Made by a program: the position numbers and the translations under genes
Shown: positions 1 to 9,795 of the stretch, piece by piece
Layout: each line of letters opens with the position of its first letter
Numbering within the stretch: position 1 is the stretch's first letter
Origin: Alphaproteobacteria bacterium
GTDB lineage: Bacteria; Pseudomonadota; Alphaproteobacteria; ATCC43930; CGMCC-115725
NCBI GenBank assembly: GCA_019240125.1
Contig: JAFAYW010000339.1
Coordinates: 30,607-94,606 of the forward strand
Direction: 5' to 3'
DNA: 64,000 nt
The notes under the pieces: model-generated
What the model was told of the DNA's origin: nothing
Seen by the model: only the letters and a program-made list of their open reading frames with translations
Databases searched by the model: none

Positions 1-100
1 CGCCAACGATGGCAAGCGTATGGCATCGATTCCGGGTGGGTACTATCAATGTAATCATCTGGCTTGCAGCAGCGTTCTCCCAGGCCGGACTCGCTCCCAT
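1..100 (-). CDS. Possible 5-prime end of a family-2 glycosyltransferase gene running off the left edge (partial, 33 codons visible)
   Basis: Reverse-strand reading from ATG (100-98) gives MGASPAWENAAASQMITLIVPTRNRCHTLAIVG. The hydrophobic strand followed by VPTRNR resembles the GT2 N-terminal hhhIPTxNR motif. An alternative ATG lies at 58-56. The fragment is too short to be sure. Confidence 0.25.
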   Translation of the reverse strand, partial: MGASPAWENAAASQMITLIVPTRNRCHTLAIVG

Positions 101-469
101 CGGATCAGGCGGGACCGCGTGGCAGGTCCCATAACTCACGCCCGCCATCGGGCCAATCGACCAATCCGAAGTACCTCATTCGCAAACCTGCACCCAACGA
201 AGCCGAGCTGAGGTGGAGGCCAGGGGGCTGCTAGCTCGGTCTTCGACGTAGCGCAGTCGCAGGAGGACGAAGACGTCAGGCCTCCAGACCAAATCCCCGA
301 AAGACTAACCGTCATTAGAAATGTCGCGCCTCAAATCAAGGCAGGTGCAAAAACATTGTCCGAATGATGCCCGGCAATTGCGACGATTACCATCTATTTC
401 TCCGAGACGAGTTAACGTTAATTTAAGACCCCCGACCTAAGTTGCCTTTGCACTGTTGGTAGTAGGTCG

Positions 470-3400
470 ATGTCTAGTAGCACACCGTTTCCGCTCGGAG
501 CGTACCTTAACAGCCCTGATGGGTCGGATCCGTCAGCAGAGGCGGCTTATGAGGCGAACTACAATAGCTTTGTGAGCTTGATGGGCACTGCCCCGACCTA
601 TATCGATTCATACATCGATTACGGTCAGCCGATCAGCGATTGGGTCAGCAACGCCAGCTTTCAAGCCTGGTCCACCGCGATAACTCCAGGCGCCGCAAAC
701 ATGATACCGGTCATCGGACTGCCAATGGCATCGACCGCGGCCGGGTCCGAAACACCGGATCAGTTTTTCAAGGATTTCGCGTCCGGAAAGTATGATTCCG
801 TCATCAACGCGAGTGTCGAGGCCTGGACGGCCTGCGGATTCAAGACGCAGTACTGGCGTCCGGGATGGGAGTTCAATCTAAGCTCCTCGGCATCCTATGC
901 AACGAGCAACCCGCAGACCCAGACAGACTGGATCTCCGCCTTCCAGCACATTTACACGGTTCTTCACCAGTCTGCGCAGCAATATGGGGTCAACCTTCAG
1001 GTTCTGTGGAACCCCAGCGAGACTAACTGGAGCGATCTCGGTTCAACGCTGAGTTTGTATCCCGGAAATAACTATGTCGACTGCATCGCGGTTGATGTCT
1101 ACGCCGACATGTATCCCTACAGCCTGTATGATTGGAGCACCGGGAAAACGGATACCAGCTTTCAACAATGGGCATCCAACCCGCTGAATGTTGAACATTA
1201 TTTCGATAATCCGGCGGCGACACAATGGACATTGGACGGCAGCGGCGGCCGCTCGATCAGCCTGTCGCAGCTGATAACCTTCGCCAAACAGGAAGGCAAA
1301 CCGCTGGCGATCGCGGAAGCGGGAGCCGGCAACAGCGCGGGCGGTACCGACAACACCGACGACCCGGCGTTTGTAAACTGGCTGGCCGCGGAACTCCGCT
1401 CCTCGGGGGTGACCGTCGAGTTTGTGAATATCTGGGACTCCAATGCCGGCGGGTCGTATGAATTCTCGCAGGCAAGTGACGGAAAGCCGAATGAAGCAGC
1501 CGCCTGGGCCGCGGATTTCGGGGCACAGGCGCCGAGCGGGCCGCAGACGCCAGCGGTCGCGATCACCGCCCAGACTTTGGCGCAGGATACCGGCGCCAGT
1601 GCGACCGATCTCATCACGAGCAACGGCACGGTGACGCTGAGCGGCACTGTATCCGGCTATAACGGAATGGTAGTCGAGGTGCTCGACGGCACCACCGTCT
1701 TGGGGAATGCCACCGTGGCCGGGAACAGCGCCTGGAGCTACACGACGACATTGGGCGCGGGTACCCACTCGCTCTCGGCATTGGCCATCGACCCACTGTT
1801 CGAGACCGCCTCTGCCGGCGCGCAGCCCACGATCACTGTCGAAACCGCCGCTCCGACAGTCGCGATCTCCTCGCAGAACTTCGTGGCGACCACGGGTTCG
1901 GTGACACTCTCCGGCACGGTCGCGGGCGCGGTGGGAACGACTGTTCAAATCGTCGATGGCACAACGAAACTCGGCAACGCGACCTTGAACGGGTCCGGAG
2001 GTTGGAGTTATGCGACGGTACTATCGGCTGGAGCGCACACCCTCCATGCCGTGGCCGTTGACCTCGCCGGCAATTCCAGTCTGAGCGGTAATGAGCCCTC
2101 GATCACCGTCCCCAGCGCGGCAGCTCCAACCGTGGCGATCGTTACGCAATTGCTGCCACTGGGCACCGGCTCGGTGACGCTCTCGGGCACGGAATCGGGA
2201 GTGGCTGGCACGATCGTACAGATTCTCGATGGCTCGACGGTATTGGGAACTGCGACTTTGAATGGTACCGGCGGCTGGACCTATGCGACCACGGTGTCGG
2301 CGGGTCCGCACTCGCTGAGCGCCACGGCCACGGATCCCTCCGGCAACAGCGCCCATGCGCCCACGCAGGCGGCGATAACGGCCGAGACATCGGTGACACC
2401 CGTGCTCTCGGCGGTTGCTGCCGCCGGCATGACGAGCCCTGCGGCACCGGTCAGCACGCTATGGCGCGATAGTCAGGGCGATGTCGCAACCCTCGGTATC
2501 AGCGCCGGCCAGATCACCAGCTCATCACTCCTGGGCAATCTGGATAACAGCTGGAGCATCGTCGGCACGGCGGATTTTCATGGCAACGGCAGTGCCGATG
2601 TGTTGATGCGCCAGACCGGTGGCAGTCTTCAGATCTGGTCGGTCAGCAACGGTCAGGTCAGCGGCTCGGCATCTATCGGAACAATCGACAACAGCTGGCA
2701 GGTCGCCGGTCTCGGCAATTTTTATGGTAGCGGCGCATCTGACATCCTGCTGCGCAACACCAGCGGTTCTGTGGATGTCTGGAATATGTCCAATGGGCAG
2801 GTCACCGGCTCTACCGTCGTTGGAAGCGCCGATAATTCATGGCAGATCGCTGGGACGGGCGACTTTTACGGCACCGGAACGTCCGACATCCTGTGGCGGA
2901 GCACGGACGGCGACGTCTCGATCTGGGCAATGAAGAATGGACAGTTGACCGGAACTTCGGTGCTCGGCAGTGCCGATAATAGCTGGCAGATTGCAGGAAC
3001 AGGGGATTTCAACGGTGACGGCACCTCGGACATTCTGTGGCGGAACACCGACGGAGAGCTGGCGACCTGGACGGTCAGCGGCGGCAAGCTTGTCAGCACG
3101 TCGGTCATCGGCACGATGGATAACAGCTGGCAGGTCGCTGGCACGGGGAATTACGAAGGTACTGGCACAACGGATATCCTGTTCCGAAATGCCAGCGGAC
3201 AGCTTCAGCTCTGGAATATGGAGACCGGCACCGTTGCTGGCTCGACGGCAGTTGGTAACCCCAATTTCAGCTGGCAGGATGTCGGCAGCGCGAGCACCGA
3301 TGCCACCGACGGTTCAACCGGTAAAAGTGTTGGCGACAGTGAGCGCGTCTCCGACATTCTTTGGCAAAATGCTAGCGGCGCGATCGAAGCCTGGGCGATG

Positions 3401-4210
3401 AGCGGCGGCCAGGTCATCGGCTCCTCACTCATCGGCACGATGGCAAACGGCAGTCAGATCAGCGGCGCTGGCGATTTCAACGGCAATGGCAGCTCGGATA
3501 TTCTGGTGCGCAATGCCGACGGCTCCTTGGGCTTCTGGAACATGAGCAACGGACAGGTGGCCAATACCGCAACCATCGGCGCCGCCGATGCCAGCTGGAA
3601 CGTCGCGGGAACCGGTAACTTCCACGGCGACAGCACTTCCGACATCCTGTGGCGCAACACAGCCGGCGCGGTCGCCCTGTGGTCTATGAGTAACGGACAG
3701 GTTGCCAGCACCTCGGTGATTGGCAGTACAGACAACTCCTGGCAGATCGCCGGAACCGGCGATTTCAATGGCGATGGCACGTCCGACATTCTTTGGCGCA
3801 ACACAGCTGGTTCAGTCGCCGTCTGGTCGATGACTAACGGCCAGGTAGCCAGTACGTCAGTGGTCGGCAGCGAGGATAACAGCTGGAAGATTGCGGGAAC
3901 GGGTGATTTTTACGGCAACGGCACGTCGGACATTCTATGGCAGACGAACAGCGGCGCCGTCGACGTCTGGCGGATGAGCAACGGCCAGCTCGCCAGCACG
4001 AGCACCATCGGTACACTCGATCCGGGCTGGAATATCGTTGGGACCGGTAATGTCGGCGGTAATGGCACCACGGACATCCTGCTGCAGAATGGCAGCGGCG
4101 CATTTGATATATGGACCATGAGCAACGGCCATGTCACAAGCGCGGCGGCTGTTGGGACACCGGACAGCAGCTGGCACCTCGCGGCTGCCCCGGTCCTCAT
4201 GATCGGCTGA
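470..4210 (+). CDS. Large multidomain glycoside-hydrolase-like protein (1246 aa): GH26-like (clan GH-A) domain, three Ig-like repeats, about 12 FG-GAP/VCBS-type repeats
   Basis: ORF track 470..4210. YWRPGWEFN, YPGNNYVDCIAVDVYAD and KPLAIAEAG resemble the GH26 acid/base, YPGDxYVD and nucleophile motifs. There are three ~95-aa repeats (TVTLSGTV..V.I.DGTT.LG.AT..G.W.Y...L.AG.H.L.A.A.D..GN). There are about 12 repeats of ~60 aa (GDF.G.G.SDILWRN..G....W.M.NGQ....+G...NSWQIAGTG). No obvious Sec signal peptide. AT-rich promoter-like region at 212-469. Confidence 0.85.
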   Translation: MSSSTPFPLGAYLNSPDGSDPSAEAAYEANYNSFVSLMGTAPTYIDSYIDYGQPISDWVSNASFQAWSTAITPGAANMIPVIGLPMASTAAGSETPDQFFKDFASGKYDSVINASVEAWTACGFKTQYWRPGWEFNLSSSASYATSNPQTQTDWISAFQHIYTVLHQSAQQYGVNLQVLWNPSETNWSDLGSTLSLYPGNNYVDCIAVDVYADMYPYSLYDWSTGKTDTSFQQWASNPLNVEHYFDNPAATQWTLDGSGGRSISLSQLITFAKQEGKPLAIAEAGAGNSAGGTDNTDDPAFVNWLAAELRSSGVTVEFVNIWDSNAGGSYEFSQASDGKPNEAAAWAADFGAQAPSGPQTPAVAITAQTLAQDTGASATDLITSNGTVTLSGTVSGYNGMVVEVLDGTTVLGNATVAGNSAWSYTTTLGAGTHSLSALAIDPLFETASAGAQPTITVETAAPTVAISSQNFVATTGSVTLSGTVAGAVGTTVQIVDGTTKLGNATLNGSGGWSYATVLSAGAHTLHAVAVDLAGNSSLSGNEPSITVPSAAAPTVAIVTQLLPLGTGSVTLSGTESGVAGTIVQILDGSTVLGTATLNGTGGWTYATTVSAGPHSLSATATDPSGNSAHAPTQAAITAETSVTPVLSAVAAAGMTSPAAPVSTLWRDSQGDVATLGISAGQITSSSLLGNLDNSWSIVGTADFHGNGSADVLMRQTGGSLQIWSVSNGQVSGSASIGTIDNSWQVAGLGNFYGSGASDILLRNTSGSVDVWNMSNGQVTGSTVVGSADNSWQIAGTGDFYGTGTSDILWRSTDGDVSIWAMKNGQLTGTSVLGSADNSWQIAGTGDFNGDGTSDILWRNTDGELATWTVSGGKLVSTSVIGTMDNSWQVAGTGNYEGTGTTDILFRNASGQLQLWNMETGTVAGSTAVGNPNFSWQDVGSASTDATDGSTGKSVGDSERVSDILWQNASGAIEAWAMSGGQVIGSSLIGTMANGSQISGAGDFNGNGSSDILVRNADGSLGFWNMSNGQVANTATIGAADASWNVAGTGNFHGDSTSDILWRNTAGAVALWSMSNGQVASTSVIGSTDNSWQIAGTGDFNGDGTSDILWRNTAGSVAVWSMTNGQVASTSVVGSEDNSWKIAGTGDFYGNGTSDILWQTNSGAVDVWRMSNGQLASTSTIGTLDPGWNIVGTGNVGGNGTTDILLQNGSGAFDIWTMSNGHVTSAAAVGTPDSSWHLAAAPVLMIG
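1549..2390 (+). repeat. Three tandem Ig-like-domain coding repeats (~285 bp each) inside CDS 470..4210
   Basis: Repeated protein blocks PTVAI..Q.....GSVTLSGT..G..GT.VQI.DG.T.LG.ATLNG.GGW.YAT..SAG.H.L.A.A.D.(A/S)GNS appear three times in the translation. Confidence 0.6.
2452..4185 (+). repeat. About 12 tandem ~180-bp coding repeats (FG-GAP/VCBS-like propeller blades) inside CDS 470..4210
   Basis: The SDILWRN/TDILLQN/ADVLMRQ core recurs 11-12 times at ~60-aa spacing. Neighbouring units (for example 3600-3780 versus 3780-3960) are also clearly similar at DNA level. Confidence 0.7.
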
Positions 4211-4532
4211 TCCGGTTGGAGAGCGAACACATCGATTTCGCTGTGGCACGTCGGCCGCGCCAATCCTCGCCATGTGACGCGCGCCGGTCGGGAATGCCGT
4301 GCCATCGCGCCTGGCCAATTTCTAGTCAGGCGGCATCCTCACCAATCGGTTGATCATAGTGCCCATAGTTAACGAAATCGAAATTCCATTCCCTTAAATA
4401 AAAACAGGCCTTCGAGAGCATCTCAACCTTCGCCCCTGCGGTACGCTACGCGCGGTTGCTTATGGGCAATCGGCAGCGGCAGCGGCGTTAATACAGAGGT
4501 TCACGGCGGCTGTCGGGCTGCGGGAACGCGAA

Positions 4533-5789
4533 ATGAGTGTCGAGGACGCGGAAATCATCGCACAGCGGCCGCTGTCGCTCCTCTTCGTGGATGACGACCC
4601 CATACTTCGTGAATTTGCGCGCGTTAACCTCGCGGCAGAAGGTTGGGCGGTCGCGGTTGCCGGGGATGGCGAAGAGGCACTGAGGGAGATCGCACGCGCC
4701 TGCCCCGATATTGTGCTTCTCGACCTTCGCATGCCGAAGATGGACGGGTTTCAGGTGCTGCATGCGTTGCGGGAACGGGAACTCACCCGCCGTCTGCCGG
4801 TGATCGTCATCACCGGTCGCGACGATGAAGCCTCCATCGACCGAGCGTTCTCCGAGGGTGCGACGTCGTTTCTGGTGAAGCCGATTAATTGGCGGCAGCT
4901 GAGCTATCAGATCCGCTTTGTCGACCGCGCCAATCGTAATGAGCTCACCCTGATCGAGCGGGCGGATGAACTCGCGCTGCAGCGACGCGAACTTGAGGAA
5001 ACCTCGGTTGAGCTGAGCCGCGCCTTGGATGCTGCCGACGCTGCCAGCAAGACGAAATCGCATTTCCTAGCGACGATGAGCCATGAGCTGCGGACGCCGC
5101 TGAACGCGGTGATCGGGTTCGCTGAAATCCTAACGACCGAGGTTTATGGCGCGCTTGGAGATGTTCGGTACCGGGATTTCGCGCGCGATATCCTGGGAAG
5201 CGGGCGCCGCCTCTTGGCCCTCGTCAATGACGTGCTGGAGTTCTCCCGCGCCGCCGAAAAATCGGCGCTCAACGAGGAAGAATTCGAACTCGCGGAGCTC
5301 GTCGAGGAGGCACGGCGAGCCGTCGCCAAGCAGGCCCGCGAGGCGCGGCTGCAGCTGCACGTGCTGGAGGATCCGCACGGCACCGTCATCCGAGCGGATC
5401 CAATACGGATGACTCGGATCCTGACGAACCTGCTGTCGAACGCGATCAATTACACACCGTCCGACGGGAAAATCACGATCGGGACGGCAATCAGTGGCGC
5501 TGGCATATCGATCACCGTGAGCGATACGGGGATCGGCATCGCCGCCGAGGACATCGCGACGGTTCTCGAACATTTCGGCCGTATCGGGAGCAGTCTGTCG
5601 CAGCAGCATGAAGGCGCCGGGCTGGGCCTGCCGATCGCCAGGCAGTTCATCGAATTGCACAACGGTGCGTTGACGATCGACAGCACGCCGGGTCAGGGCA
5701 CGGCAGTCACGATCACCCTGCCTAAAGACCGCCTGGTTCGGCTCGGCGCCGCTTCCGTTACCGCGTCGCCGGAGGTACAGGCGGCGTGA
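4533..5789 (+). CDS. Receiver-histidine kinase fusion (REC - coiled coil - HisKA - HATPase_c)
   Basis: N-terminal receiver (LLFVDDDPILREF ... DIVLLDLRMPKMDG ... VIVITG). H-box SHFLATMSHELRTPLNAV, N-box LLSNAINYT, G1 SDTGIGI, G2 GAGLGLPIA. The stop overlaps the next start (GTGA at 5786-5789). Confidence 0.9.
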   Translation: MSVEDAEIIAQRPLSLLFVDDDPILREFARVNLAAEGWAVAVAGDGEEALREIARACPDIVLLDLRMPKMDGFQVLHALRERELTRRLPVIVITGRDDEASIDRAFSEGATSFLVKPINWRQLSYQIRFVDRANRNELTLIERADELALQRRELEETSVELSRALDAADAASKTKSHFLATMSHELRTPLNAVIGFAEILTTEVYGALGDVRYRDFARDILGSGRRLLALVNDVLEFSRAAEKSALNEEEFELAELVEEARRAVAKQAREARLQLHVLEDPHGTVIRADPIRMTRILTNLLSNAINYTPSDGKITIGTAISGAGISITVSDTGIGIAAEDIATVLEHFGRIGSSLSQQHEGAGLGLPIARQFIELHNGALTIDSTPGQGTAVTITLPKDRLVRLGAASVTASPEVQAA

Positions 5790-8500
5790 CGGCGATCGCC
5801 GACAACCTGGCCGAGGCTCCGCTGCGAGCGCGCTCCCGCACGCTGCGCCGCAATCTGGCGTGGCTGGTGATCGCCGTTGTCGGGCTGGCAGTCATCCCCA
5901 TTGCCGGGGTGGCAGCCTGGCAGAACGGCGAGCGGGAGGTCGCACTCGAGACGGTGCGCCTTGATGCCGCCGCGCGCGTCGTCGCCTCCCTGGCGGTCGA
6001 GGGAGCAGCGCAAAACAGTCCGCAAGAGGCTTTCCGAGCGTTGCGTGCCATTGCCCAGGTATCGGGTGTCGAATACGGCCGTATCGAAGCGTTTGATGGC
6101 AAGATGCTGGCTGAGACCGGCGCCGGCGCCCGTCTCACCAGCGACGTGCGGGCGAACGGCAGCGATACCATCGCATTCCTGCAGCAATTGCTGAGCGGAA
6201 GCTCGGAGGTCGACGTCCCCATCCTGCATGACGGCAACGATGTCGGGCGGGTCGTCCTGCTGGGTCGTACCGAGGGCATGGTAAGCCGCTTCCTTGTCAC
6301 GCTCGGCGAGAGCATGGCGGTTGCCTTTGGCGCGATCCTGGTCGGACTGCTGATCGCCTGGCGCCTGCAGGAGCGGATCGCTCGTCCGATCCTGGCGCTC
6401 AGCCGTGTTGTGCGTGATGTTCAGGAAACCTATGACTTTCGGCAGAGCGTAAAGATCCCTGCCGAGGGTGAGATCGGAGACCTTGTCAGCGGCTTCAACC
6501 AGATGCTGCGCGAGATCCACGTCCGCGACGACCGCATCGCGGCGCAGATGGCAGGCCTGGAGGACGAGGTCCAGACGCGCACCGCTGAGCTGGTCGTAGC
6601 CAAGGAGGCAGCGGAGGCGGCAAACACCGCGAAATCGGACTTCCTGGCAACGATGAGCCATGAAATCCGCACCCCAATGAACGGCGTCATGGTGATGGCG
6701 GAGATGCTGGCCGCTGGAGAGTTGGCGCCGCGCGAGCGACGCTTTGCCGAAGTCATCGCCAAATCCGGCGCGAGCCTGCTGGCCATTATCAATGACATTT
6801 TGGACTTCTCCAAGATGGAGGCCGGAAAGCTCGAACTGGAAACCGTACCGGTCGATCTGAGCGAGATCGTCGATGACGTGTTGAGCCTGTTCTGGGAGCG
6901 GGCCGCGAGCAGCGGGCTCGACCTCGCCGGCTATGTCGATCCGTCGCTGCCGCAGTCAATCGCCGCCGATCCGGTACGGTTACGGCAGGTTCTGTGCAAC
7001 CTAGTCAACAATGCCATCAAATTCACCACAACGGGTGGGGTGCTCGTCGAGATTTTTCGCGCCCCCGGCAATCGCATCGAAATCGCCGTTAACGATACCG
7101 GGATCGGCATTCCCGAGGACAAGCTCGGGTCGGTTTTCGGGGCGTTCACCCAGGCCGATCAGTCAACCACCCGCCGCTTCGGCGGCACCGGCCTCGGACT
7201 CGCCATCTGCGAACGGATTGTGCAGGCGATGGGTGGCGAGTGGCGGATCGCCAGCGAGCTGGGGAAAGGCTCCCGATTTGCCTTCGCGTTTGCGACCGAG
7301 ACATTGGCGAGCGCCGCTGAATGGCCGCGGGCGCCGGTGGCCGATCTCATGGTCTCGGTGGCCTGTGCCGGTGCGCTCACGCAGCGGACCCTGAGAGCCT
7401 ATCTCAAAGATGCCGGATACTCGGTGGCCGAGCATGGCCGCGCCTTGGCGATCGGCGATCCGGCCGGTCTCAACGCCCTTGAGGGTGCGCCTGGTGCCGC
7501 GATCTGCATCGCCGCTAACGGGAATCCGGAGCCGCACATGCTGTTGCACAGCGGGCGGGTTGGGGCTGTTCTCGCTCTCCCCATTAGTCGGAGCGACTTG
7601 GGCCGATTGCTCCACCGCTTTGCACGCGGCGAGCCGCTGACCGACAGCGCGGAGACAGCGGCCGAGGCCGCGATATCTGGTGCCATACCATCGTTCAGCG
7701 GCAGCCGGGTACTGGTCGCCGACGATAACGCGGTCAATCGCGAAGTGGCGATAGAGGCGCTGCATCGCCTCGGGATCGAGGTGAAAGTCGTCACTGACGG
7801 ACGCGAGGCGATCGAAGCAGGGCGCGGTGACGCGTTCGATGCGGTGCTGATGGACGCGAGCATGCCGGGGATGACGGGGTTTGATGCCGCCCGGGAAATC
7901 CGCCGACTCGAGCGGGAATCTGGAACGGATCGCGTGCCCATAATCGCGCTGACCGCACACGTTCTCGGCGCCGCCGCCGAGGCGTGGCGCGATGCCGAAA
8001 TGGACGGCGTGCTGCATAAGCCGTTCACGCTGAACGCGCTCGCCGCCGTCCTAGGCAAGTTCCTGGTCGTTCGGGAGGCACCGGACGCATACAAACCGAC
8101 ACCCCAAACGGAGAGCACGGCGTCCGATCTTTCCGACTTCGGCCAGATCAACCGGCGTGTGGACCTATTCGATACTGACACCATCGCGCAACTGCAGACC
8201 TTCGCCGGCAACGGGCGGGCCGATTTCGTCGCGAAGGTATTTCGACTCTATATCGAGAACGCGCCGCAGTGCATGGAGCGCATTCTTGCGGCGGCCCAAG
8301 GCAGCGATCCCGATGCGGTCTCCGAAGCGTCGCACGCGCTGAAATCGATGAGCTTCAACATCGGTGCGAGGGCGGTTGCCACCGCGGCGGGCAACATCGA
8401 AGCGAAATGCGTGGGAGGTGAAGCGTTGCCTCCGGACGTCGCAGCCAGTCTGGGCGGGCTGGTCGACAGTACCATAGCCACGCTCCAATCAGCGCTATGA
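5786..8500 (+). CDS. Hybrid sensor histidine kinase/response regulator with C-terminal HPt (TM - sensor - TM - HAMP - HisKA - HATPase_c - REC - HPt)
   Basis: Two hydrophobic segments flank a ~150-aa region. H-box DFLATMSHEIRTPMNGV, N-box LVNNAIKFT, G1 NDTGIGI, G2 GTGLGLAI. Receiver RVLVADDNAVNREV...DAVLMDASMPGMTGF. HPt motif ASHALKSMSFNIGA. GTG start overlaps the upstream stop, and its own stop overlaps the next ATG (ATGA at 8497-8500). Confidence 0.9.
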   Translation: MTAIADNLAEAPLRARSRTLRRNLAWLVIAVVGLAVIPIAGVAAWQNGEREVALETVRLDAAARVVASLAVEGAAQNSPQEAFRALRAIAQVSGVEYGRIEAFDGKMLAETGAGARLTSDVRANGSDTIAFLQQLLSGSSEVDVPILHDGNDVGRVVLLGRTEGMVSRFLVTLGESMAVAFGAILVGLLIAWRLQERIARPILALSRVVRDVQETYDFRQSVKIPAEGEIGDLVSGFNQMLREIHVRDDRIAAQMAGLEDEVQTRTAELVVAKEAAEAANTAKSDFLATMSHEIRTPMNGVMVMAEMLAAGELAPRERRFAEVIAKSGASLLAIINDILDFSKMEAGKLELETVPVDLSEIVDDVLSLFWERAASSGLDLAGYVDPSLPQSIAADPVRLRQVLCNLVNNAIKFTTTGGVLVEIFRAPGNRIEIAVNDTGIGIPEDKLGSVFGAFTQADQSTTRRFGGTGLGLAICERIVQAMGGEWRIASELGKGSRFAFAFATETLASAAEWPRAPVADLMVSVACAGALTQRTLRAYLKDAGYSVAEHGRALAIGDPAGLNALEGAPGAAICIAANGNPEPHMLLHSGRVGAVLALPISRSDLGRLLHRFARGEPLTDSAETAAEAAISGAIPSFSGSRVLVADDNAVNREVAIEALHRLGIEVKVVTDGREAIEAGRGDAFDAVLMDASMPGMTGFDAAREIRRLERESGTDRVPIIALTAHVLGAAAEAWRDAEMDGVLHKPFTLNALAAVLGKFLVVREAPDAYKPTPQTESTASDLSDFGQINRRVDLFDTDTIAQLQTFAGNGRADFVAKVFRLYIENAPQCMERILAAAQGSDPDAVSEASHALKSMSFNIGARAVATAAGNIEAKCVGGEALPPDVAASLGGLVDSTIATLQSAL

Positions 8501-9795
8501 CGTCGAGCTTCCGCATCGGGCGCGGCGTGGTCTGCATACACGCCTGGCTCGTACAGCTAATCCAGGCGCTATGCCAGGACCGGCGCGGCAACGTGATGAT
8601 CCTGTTCGCGATTGGCGCACCCTCCCTCCTGCTCGCCGGTGTCGCCACGGTCGATTACTGCTGGGTGCGGGTCGATCAGGTCAAAATGCAGGGGATCGCC
8701 GACTCCGCCGCCCTGGCTGGCGCGCGACAGTTCCTGATCGACGCGACATCATCGACGGCACAGCGCGCGCAGAGCTTCGCCGAGGCGCAGCTCACCCAGC
8801 TCAGCGCCTGGAGCCCGGCCGTTGCGGTTTTGATCGATGATCAAAAGCAGACCGTGAGCGTCACGATCTCTGGGAACCGACCCGCCTTTCTGAAAAATCT
8901 GTTGCCGGAGGATGGCTGGTCGGTCAGCGTCACAGCGGTGGCGCAAAGCGAGGGGCTGATGCCGCTCTGCGCATTGGCCACGGCGACGTCACTGGGCAGC
9001 TTCACCAGCATCCTGACGAATAACGCAATTATAGACCTGAAGAATTCCGCGCAGGTTACGGCGCCGAGCTGCATGGTCCAGTCCGACCAGAACATTTCCG
9101 TGTCGATGACCGCCATGATGTCCGCCGGAAAGACGCAGGCTGTCGGAGCAGCTTCCGGTGACATAACGCCGGCGCCTCAGGTCGCCGCCGCGCCGATCAG
9201 CGATCCGTTTACGGCCGTGAATGTTGACGTCCCGAGCCTGTGTACAGACACCGACCTCAAGATCACAACCGGGTCCCTCAGTCTGGCGCCGGGTGTTCAC
9301 TGCGGCGTCATCGTCATCGGCGGTAACGCGACCGTCACGTTGCAGCCCGGCATCCACTATTTCTTCGCGGCGGTAGTGACCGCCAAGGGAACATCGACGA
9401 TCCAGGGGCGAGGAGTAACGCTGGTCTTCGATGCTACCTCAACCCTGACCTTTTCGGGGAATGCCAGTATCGATCTGAAGGGCGCTACCTCCGGAGCGCT
9501 CGCCGGCTTTGTGATCCTGGCATCGCGCGACAACATCACGACCTTCAGTATCTCGACGACGGCGGCGCATGTGCTCGAGGGTGTGGTTTACATTCCGAAT
9601 GCGCTGCTCGATGTGCAGGGCTTCAGGCCGGTGGCTGAATCGTCGGCCTGGACTGTGATCGTGGCAAAGGCCATCGCGGTGCACGGCACCGCCAATCTGA
9701 CGCTTAACGCGAGCTATTCCGCCTCGCCCGTCCCCGTGCCGATGGGCGTCGGCCCTAACGCAGCGGGGTCGGGCGCGATTTCCCTGATCAAGTAG
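8497..9795 (+). CDS. TadE/TadG-like (Flp-pilus assembly family) protein
   Basis: The N-terminus RRGNVMILFAIGAPSLLLAGVATVDY...GIADSAALAGARQF matches the TadE/G-like prepilin-type hydrophobic segment. The C-terminal two thirds have the TadG-type pattern (GG.ATVTL.PG.HYF ... G.GVTLVF ... ASIDL.G...GALAGFVILASRD ... L.GVVY.PNA.LD..G ... WT.IVA..I...G.ANL.LN). The start is coupled to the upstream kinase. Confidence 0.65.
   Translation: MTSSFRIGRGVVCIHAWLVQLIQALCQDRRGNVMILFAIGAPSLLLAGVATVDYCWVRVDQVKMQGIADSAALAGARQFLIDATSSTAQRAQSFAEAQLTQLSAWSPAVAVLIDDQKQTVSVTISGNRPAFLKNLLPEDGWSVSVTAVAQSEGLMPLCALATATSLGSFTSILTNNAIIDLKNSAQVTAPSCMVQSDQNISVSMTAMMSAGKTQAVGAASGDITPAPQVAAAPISDPFTAVNVDVPSLCTDTDLKITTGSLSLAPGVHCGVIVIGGNATVTLQPGIHYFFAAVVTAKGTSTIQGRGVTLVFDATSTLTFSGNASIDLKGATSGALAGFVILASRDNITTFSISTTAAHVLEGVVYIPNALLDVQGFRPVAESSAWTVIVAKAIAVHGTANLTLNASYSASPVPVPMGVGPNAAGSGAISLIK

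Noticed and set aside
20-211. 63-aa plus-strand ORF at the left edge
   Set aside because: It is Arg/His-rich, has no motif, and overlaps the possible GT2 5-prime end on the other strand. It is most likely non-coding.
5693-8211. Several long minus-strand ORFs (5693..6661, 7163..8017, 7399..8211)
   Set aside because: They are antisense to the two histidine-kinase genes, whose H/N/G boxes are unambiguous. Their low-complexity Arg/Ser/Ala composition fits shadow ORFs.
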